Shown here in pieces: positions 57,280 to 64,000 of a stretch of DNA of 64,000 nt. The notes under the pieces are model-generated. The model was not told where the DNA came from. It did no database searches and saw only the letters and a list, made by a program, of their open reading frames with translations. Each line of letters begins with the position of its first letter. The stretch's first letter is position 1. This stretch comes from Tubulanus polymorphus (taxonomy: Eukaryota > Animalia > Nemertea), in contig NC_134027.1 of NCBI RefSeq assembly GCF_964204645.1, forward strand, positions 11,502,485 to 11,566,484, written 5' to 3'. The translations under genes and the position numbers were made by a program.

Positions 57280-58545
57280 TTGGTATAGACACGGACATTG
57301 CTATCAGATACTTACAGCCTGGGATAGTCGCAGATTGGCAATTCGGGAAGCTGGCGAAATGTGTCTTACAATCAGTGGCGAAATCATCCTCCCTCTGCAG
57401 GGACTCGAACCTGATGGCATCGCTACACACAGCCACGGCACGAACCCCTGCATCAGTAGACCGGGTGCAGGTACATGCGCAGCTTTCCGAACGAAAACTG
57501 GCGGCACCAATCAGATTGCTCGTTGTATAATCGTTGAGGCAAATTTCAAGGAAGAACTATAAATGGGAAAACCCGGGCTAAAATAAAACGGGATTTCTGA
57601 TTGGCTAAAAATCACATCATCTGAACTGCGCATGTATCTGCGCACACGGTCGATTATGGCAGGGTTTCGTGCCGTGGCAATCTCGATGCCATCAGGTTCG
57701 AATCCCTGCCGGGGGAGGATGTGGTGAAATAGGTATAGTATCCAATGATGTTGTAATTCAACATTTGATTCGAACATTTTATCATGAACATCAGTATGGC
57801 GCTATACTAGCAAAGGCTACAAATGGCGGAATTCTAGCTATAAAATCAGTTATATTCAGGGATGAGATAACATATATCGAAACAGTGAAACGGTCAACGA
57901 CTGCCTTCGATATTGTCACAGATGAGGCGCATTCCGTGCTATGTTCCTTTAATGTAACTGGTGAAGAATGGGCTTCAATAAGCGGTTGTAAATCTTGGTA
58001 GTTTATATGGCATATAACTTCGATGAAGTCCGATGAAGTTCGATGAAGTCCGATGAACGAAGATGTTCTTTCGATTCTCCTTATTGTTATTCTAGACGCC
58101 ATAGATGTATTTTAGAAAGGATGCCGATTGGTTACCCGTAGAAGACTCGAACATATGCACGGTTGTAGTGATTTCCAATGTCCAGCTGGTACTGTGAAAT
58201 GTCCAACATCTTACTGTATACCGATGGGACAGGTGTGCGATGGCCGATCCGATTTTCCCAAATCAGAAGACGAGCGAAACTGTAAGACTTTATCATGTCC
58301 CGGCATGTTCAAATGTGGCCAGAAAAACCGATGTTTACCTCGATCTGAAGTTTGTGATGGCGTTGTAAATTGTATACATATCACTGATGACGAATCTTAC
58401 TGCAATTCATATGTCCAGATAACTGTAAATGTCAAGGTCATCTAATTGATTGTAATGATGCTGGTTTAGTAGAAATCACTGATCCTTTCTCGGCATCAGT
58501 TCGAGTTCTGATTTTATCAGCAAACCGAGTTGCATTTAATGAGTA
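57280..58545 (+). pseudogene. GRL101-like receptor ectodomain remnant (LDLa repeats plus LRR N-cap; possible C-type lectin fragment)
   Basis: LEHMHGCSDFQCPAGTVKCPTSYCIPMGQVCDGRSDF...EDERNC and CPGMFKC...CLPRSEVCDGVVNC...DDESYC, then after a frameshift CPDNCKCQGHLIDCNDAGL...VRVLILSANRV and a stop. Upstream RHGHCYQI. The strongest signal is at 58095-58545. Confidence 0.65.
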
Positions 58546-58861
58546 GTAGAACCTGGTGTTTTTGACTCATCCATTACCGTAAACATATCTCAACAGGAAA
58601 TACATAAATCCACTACCGGTGAACTCCGATATCGAGTAAAGCCAGGTATTCGAACACAAAGACCGCGGCTGCTGCCATCTTCTGTTTGTTCTGAACTGAT
58701 GACGTTCATGAATGACACCTATAAAGGATGTTACTGAAACCGGAGACCTATACACCCGTTTTTTTTCTTTGTTAAGACCGGGTAATTTATCAGTCACAAC
58801 CATGTATATGCAGCATAATGACAATTTATGTACGAAAAATAAAATCGTAAACATCTATTTA

Positions 58862-59208
58862 TGGTGGCTGATTCGGGCCAAGTTGAAGAAAAATCCGTGC
58901 AATATGCCGCGCAAAAAAATGTATTGCTTCGTTTCTGCGCTCGTTTCTGCGCGGTAAACGGAACGGACGGACGGACGAAGAAACGAAGTTCGTTTCTGAA
59001 GTTCGTTTCTGAAACGAGAAATGACCGCGACGAAACGGGCGCAAAATCGAAGGTCCTTTTCTGCGCTCGTTTCGGTAAAATTCTTCGAACCTTTGTTTTG
59101 CACCCGTTTCTGCGCGGAAAAGTTCGTTTCTGTGGCCCGTGGAAACGAAGCAATATATATTTTGCGCGGCATATTGCACGGGAATTTTTTTCTTACTTGG
59201 CCCGAATC
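58862..59208. mobile_element. Foldback element related to the TGGTGGCTGA family, with CGTTTCTG subrepeats
   Basis: TGGTGGCTGATTCGGGCCAAGT ... ACTTGGCCCGAATC (last bases missing). About 75-bp inverted arms including GTGCAATATGCCGCGCAAAA. Confidence 0.75.
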
Positions 59209-59234
59209 GCTTTATTATAATCCTGAATTTGGGG

Positions 59235-60997
59235 ATAAACCATTTTACAGTTGCTAGCCGCCATTTTGTTAGGGTCCTGTATTTTGTCCTGTATTGTTGT
59301 GTCGTTTTTTTCTCTTTTTAAAAACTATCCGTGATGTGTGTTGTATCATATTTCATCTGTCCATGGATGGATTTTGACAGTTTCAGCAACATTCAAACCG
59401 CATAAATCTCTAGTTTTCTGTTATGTAAGAATCATTTTTCAAATTTGCAACAATGCGACTTGAGAGCGATATAAAGATTTGCGGTCAGTTTTTTCCGTGC
59501 GCATAGAAATCAAGGGTACTGAACTTTGAAGTTCGTTATTTTCAGAAATAATTTTCTAAAAAATCCAAGCATTTCAAGAACTGTGCGCATAAATGCCCTC
59601 TTTCAGGTGAACTTTGAAATGTTAAGATATCTTGCCTAGTTTTTTCCCTATGGCACTTTACCTGCAGCGCATGTATTGTCATTCCGAGATTCGGCGCTGT
59701 TTTCTTTGCGTGTATTTCAGTATATGGGTGTTATTTTTTTCATTTTTACTACACTTGTCTCTACGGAAAATGGTTTTAATTGTTGGTACGAGTATCAGGT
59801 TTAAATATAACGGCATTAATACTGTATTCCGTTCTCCGGCGCTAGTTCGTAATGGCTGTATTGGTAGCCGCTTTTACAGCAGGCAGAGGCTTACGTACAT
59901 GCACCCAAGAAAACCCAAAATATCACTCTTTTGTTGTAAATGCAATCCACACACTTCTTGCGTTTTTGTGATGGTAGATTTCACGTTTTACTTTTAATCA
60001 CATGTGTCTGACATTAGGACTTGATACTTGATATTTCACCACCAAAGCAAGAAAATGTTTTCTTATATTTTCTTCCCGAGCTAATCAATCTTGTGTGTAC
60101 TTAATAGAAAGTATTCATAGAAAGTAGCTGAATATTTGCCCCACCCCATTTGTCCAGCTTTTTGACCACTTCTCCATCCATCTAATTTCAGTAGATTTTT
60201 ATGTAAATTAATTGATAGACTACTGATTTAAATGGTCATCATACTCGATTTTGAGTGTTATATTTCTTTTCTTCTTCCATCTCAATATAGGCCTATATAT
60301 TCTCATCCGCGCGCAACTTCGAATACGTGATCAAAATGCCGCTCAGTCTCGCTGCTAAAACTGGTCAAAAAAATCCCTTAAACTCCAACATCTCAAATGT
60401 CTTCGATCTATTATTGCATAAATGACGTAATATTAAAACCTGATACTCGTACCAACAATTAAAACCATTTTCCGTAGAAACAAGTGTAGTAAAAATGAAA
60501 AATAACACCCATATACTGAAATACACGCAAAGAAAACAGCGCCGAATCTCGGAATGACAATACACGCGCTGCAGTTAAAGAGCCATAGGGAAAAAACTAG
60601 GCAAGATATCTTAAAATTTCAAAGTTCACCTGAAAGGAGGCATTTATGCGCACAGTTCTTGAAATGTTTGGATTTTTTAGAAAATTATTTCTGAAAATTA
60701 CGAACTTCAAAGTGCAGTACCCTTGATTTCTATGCGCACGGAAAAAACTGACCGCCAATTTTTATATCGCTCTCATGTCGCATTGTTGCAAATTTAAAAA
60801 ATGATTTTTACGTAACTGAAAACTAGAGCTTTATGCGGTTTGAATGTTGCTGAAACTGTCAAAATCCATCCATGGACAGATGAAATATGATACAACACAC
60901 ATCACGGATACTTTTTAAAAAAGAGAAAAAATGACCCAACAATACGGGACAAAAGTACCCTAACAAAATGGCGGCTAGCAACTGTAAAATGGTTTAT
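59235..60997. repeat. Large inverted repeat: about 570-bp arms (59235-59803 and 60436-60997) with about 630-bp spacer
   Basis: ATAAACCATTTTACAGTTGCTAGCCGCCATTTTGTTAGGG ... CCCTAACAAAATGGCGGCTAGCAACTGTAAAATGGTTTAT. The mirrored ORFs share YCHSEIRRCFLCVYFSIWVLFF. Confidence 0.9.
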
Positions 60998-61519
60998 TGC
61001 AGCGCATATAGCCCGGCATTAATTTTATGCACACATTTATTTGTTACCTAGTTACAGCAGCGACAATCGTGTAATATTCACTTAAAATAGCAATTTCATA
61101 TCAAATATTCATTTTAAAGGTTATTGGCTCAAATAGTAATGTTGTTAATGTGTTCTGTTGATTATTTTGATATTTCTATAAACTAACTTGCGTATGCTCG
61201 TATGCGCTTGGTCTCTATTGGGATTAACTGTGCATTGGTTTCAACAGCAATTCAAATCTGCGTTCTTAATCATTCAGGTACCGGCATTTTGGGTGTTGGG
61301 TCTCTTGTGACATTCCAAATGTCCTCAAACTTGCCTAAAGTCTTCGACCATGTATTGGACCGCTTATTACTACGTCTTGCAAACATTTGCGGGAAAATCG
61401 CGTAGTTTATCACATTATTGACACAACAATGCATTAATTGAGGAGGTGTTTATTCAAAACCATATTTAATCTTGACTATCAGTCATAGATGGACACATTG
61501 ATTAGTTTCAGAAAAATAA

Positions 61520-62411
61520 TGCTAGTGACCATGTGCAAAGCCCAATGACCTCGAAACTCACTCAAATCATAGAAGATGTTATGAGCTACAACTTTCCAAT
61601 TGATCATGGTAACAAAATATGTCTAGGTACCAATATAATAAGGAAATACTAAGCTATTCTACTTTTCAACGGCCCCTGGTAACTATATAGAATAACTATT
61701 GACCTTGAAACTCATCACAATCGTTAAATATGTCATGAGCTACAACTTTTCAATTGATTGTGGTAACAAAATATGCTTAGGTATCAATATAATGTGGAAA
61801 TACTTTTTCCACCTACGAATGAGTACTGATGACACCAAGATGACCGCCAATTGCGTCATAATTGGCTGATCTCAGGTATAAAAGATGTCATTTCAAAGAA
61901 TACCCATCACAAATTGCATGAAATATGGCTAACCATTAAGAAGTAACAGGACTCAGAATTCAGGCCAAAATTGACATCTTTGGGCACAAAATAGGCCACA
62001 GGACGGCCATCTTGAGTCCGATCGACACAATTTTTCTCATGCCGATGGGCCCTTGGAGGATACAAATATATCTGAAAGATCAAGGTAATTGATAAAAGCG
62101 TCTTAAAAATTTCCCTCGAAAACTCAAAAATGTGTAAAAAGTGCTGAATTTAGCGAACAACAATGGCTGCCAGTCGCCCATCTTGAATCTGAGAGGGCCG
62201 GTTTTTGGGCTGAAGATGTGTCTAAGGTAGATACATGTATAGACCAAAAATCAAGACATTACCTTGAAGCGTCTTCAAAACTTCCCAAAATAACTGGATT
62301 CCGTCTACGGACGGACGAACGGACGGACGGATAGACGAAAGGACGGACGGACGACGGTCGAAAAGTGAACGAAATAGCCCGCTGGGACTAAAGCCCCAAG
62401 TGGGCTAAAAA
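61520..62411 (-). mobile_element. HINE/DINE-1-like element, inverted relative to 48807-49718, with (GGAC)n microsatellite
   Basis: Ends AGCCCGCTGGGACTAAAGCCCCAAGTGGGCTAAAAA. ACGG/GGAC microsatellite at about 62307-62357, and the same internal units in reverse complement. Confidence 0.7.
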
Positions 62412-62723
62412 TTGAAGGCCTCTGATGCGTGCAAGTATGAGCTCGCGTATATTGTTGCATCAATTATATGTATGTTATGTATATATTTATGTCCATTAGA
62501 TCTATGTATGTATAGTGCATGTGCATGTGTATGTATGTTTTGTGCATATTGTAATTTCATTCTATGATCCTGTAATTATGTCACAATTTATTTTGCAGAA
62601 TAAAAAGTCATTCATTCATTCATAGGTATAAATATAAACATTTAATTTCGACGGTTTACGGCGTCAAAAACATGACGTTGCATCAGTCAAATAAATATCA
62701 ATCTCGTTATAATAGTTCTCGAA

Positions 62724-63890
62724 TTAAGAGCGAGCGCTGATGATCACCTCGTACGGTTTTGCCATACATATTACACCGATATCATCTAATTCTGTCGGTC
62801 TACGCTTCAGATAATTTCCGTCTGGGAAACCGAACGTAAATCTCTGCATCAAGCTGACGAAAAACACGAATACTTGATGTTTGGCGGAGTTTTCACCGAT
62901 ACAGGCTCGTTTTCCGGCACCAAAAGTCAACCAGGATTTAGGACGAGCGACGATTTTACCGTCATCTTCGTCAATGAATCGCTCTGGTTTGAAATCCTCG
63001 GCGTCGATCCAGACTCTCGAATCGTGGTGACATGCATATATATTTGCCCAAACTTGAGAACCCTTTGGTATTTCATAACCATCTGAAATATTCAAATTAA
63101 AATTGTCGTGGTCAGGTGTGGGACATAGAACTCCTAAAGAGTACTGATTGCTGAGCTTACCGAGTTTAGCATCGACACTGGCTGCCCGAAATATAAGTGG
63201 ACCTACAGGGCAAATTCGCAATGTTTCAAGCATGACCGCCTCACAATAAATCAAATTTGATTTATCATTGATAGTCGGTTGTCGATTACCTATGAAGTTA
63301 AAAATGAATGTAAGATAAATATCAATCATAAATATCTTTAGTTTTCATTTCAGAATCAACGTATATATACAGTGGACTCCGCCTACAGGAAAAGACCCGC
63401 AAAATGTTCAAAAGTTATACTAGACAAATACCGGTATAGATTTTCAGATTTGTTCACATTGACAAACAGTAGGGACAGAAAATCTCATCTACCGGTTTGA
63501 ACGGATGACCGACCAGACCGGTACCGCTCTAGACGGAGTCTACTGTATTTCTCATACCGATTAATTCATCTATTTCTTTGTGAACTCGGTCTTGTACTTC
63601 GGGATGTTTTGCCATGAAGTAAAACAACCAATTCAGTGAATGAGTTGATGTATCCACTCCCGCTAATATCAATAGATAAATGTACATATTATTGTATTAC
63701 GTTTCTTCAAAAACATTTCAACAACTTCATCAAATGCCAACATACGTAGGAATAACAATTTTACCGGTAAATCCATCACTAATAGTTTGAATGAGATGTC
63801 GGTCAGAGAACTTTTCAGCTAGTTCAGCATCTTCCTCGCGTAGTTTTTCTCTTGCGTTAATCAGGAAGTCAATTAGATCTCCGATATTCT
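62724..63890 (-). CDS. Cytochrome P450, clan 2-like (3' exons; 5' part lies beyond the window)
   Basis: Exons 63890-63765, 63662-63558, 63289-63161 and 63082-62724. I-helix AGVDTS, K-helix ETLR, PERF and heme loop FGAGKRACIG. Confidence 0.92.
63370..63545. mobile_element. Tc1/mariner-type MITE in a CYP intron, TA TSD
   Basis: TA|CAGTGGACTCCGCCTA ... TAGACGGAGTCTACTG|TA. Confidence 0.7.
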
Positions 63891-64000
63891 CTGCAAGATT
63901 TTGGAAAATTTTCATTTTTACTTCTAGACACATATCAGAAAATTAAAGATTAAGTTTTTGCGAATTATAGAGTTTCAAGTGCATGCAAATTACACGTATC

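Noticed and set aside
59632-60565. Two similar hydrophobic ORFs on opposite strands as a paralogous gene pair
   Set aside because: They are mirror translations of the inverted-repeat arms.
62724-63329. Single 201-aa P450 ORF as given in the ORF track
   Set aside because: It reads through a 78-nt in-frame intron (63083-63160) and starts in intronic sequence. The spliced model is used instead.

Overview
Eukaryotic genomic DNA, AT-rich with GT-AG introns, from an invertebrate animal (probably a spiralian; inferred from the GRL101-like and GPCR families, not proven). Four conserved multi-exon genes could be spliced by hand into complete in-frame CDSs: PQBP1 (+), the mitochondrial phosphate carrier SLC25A3 (-), PDHB (+, head-to-head with SLC25A3) and tafazzin (+). 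The 3' half of a clan-2 cytochrome P450 (-) runs off the right edge. The left third holds two recently duplicated two-exon 7TM receptor genes, a decayed Ig-superfamily gene and a rhodopsin-class GPCR pseudogene; a GRL101-like LDLa/LRR remnant lies near 58 kb. The window is dense in mobile DNA: a near full-length CR1 LINE, a decayed L2/Crack LINE, a Penelope-like fragment, an intron-containing hAT transposon with a 6-bp TSD and MITEs sharing that TSD length, a 58-bp mini-element with a 7-bp TSD, Helentron/HINE-like elements, a tRNA-derived SINE, and several foldback families. I found no convincing wholly new gene system. The best leads are the atypical-TSD DNA transposons, foldback families that share termini but swap internal motifs, large inverted arms bracketing multi-kb cargo, and an NRF-1-marked bidirectional promoter within a three-gene mitochondrial cluster. 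All coordinates and family calls were made by eye, without database searches.
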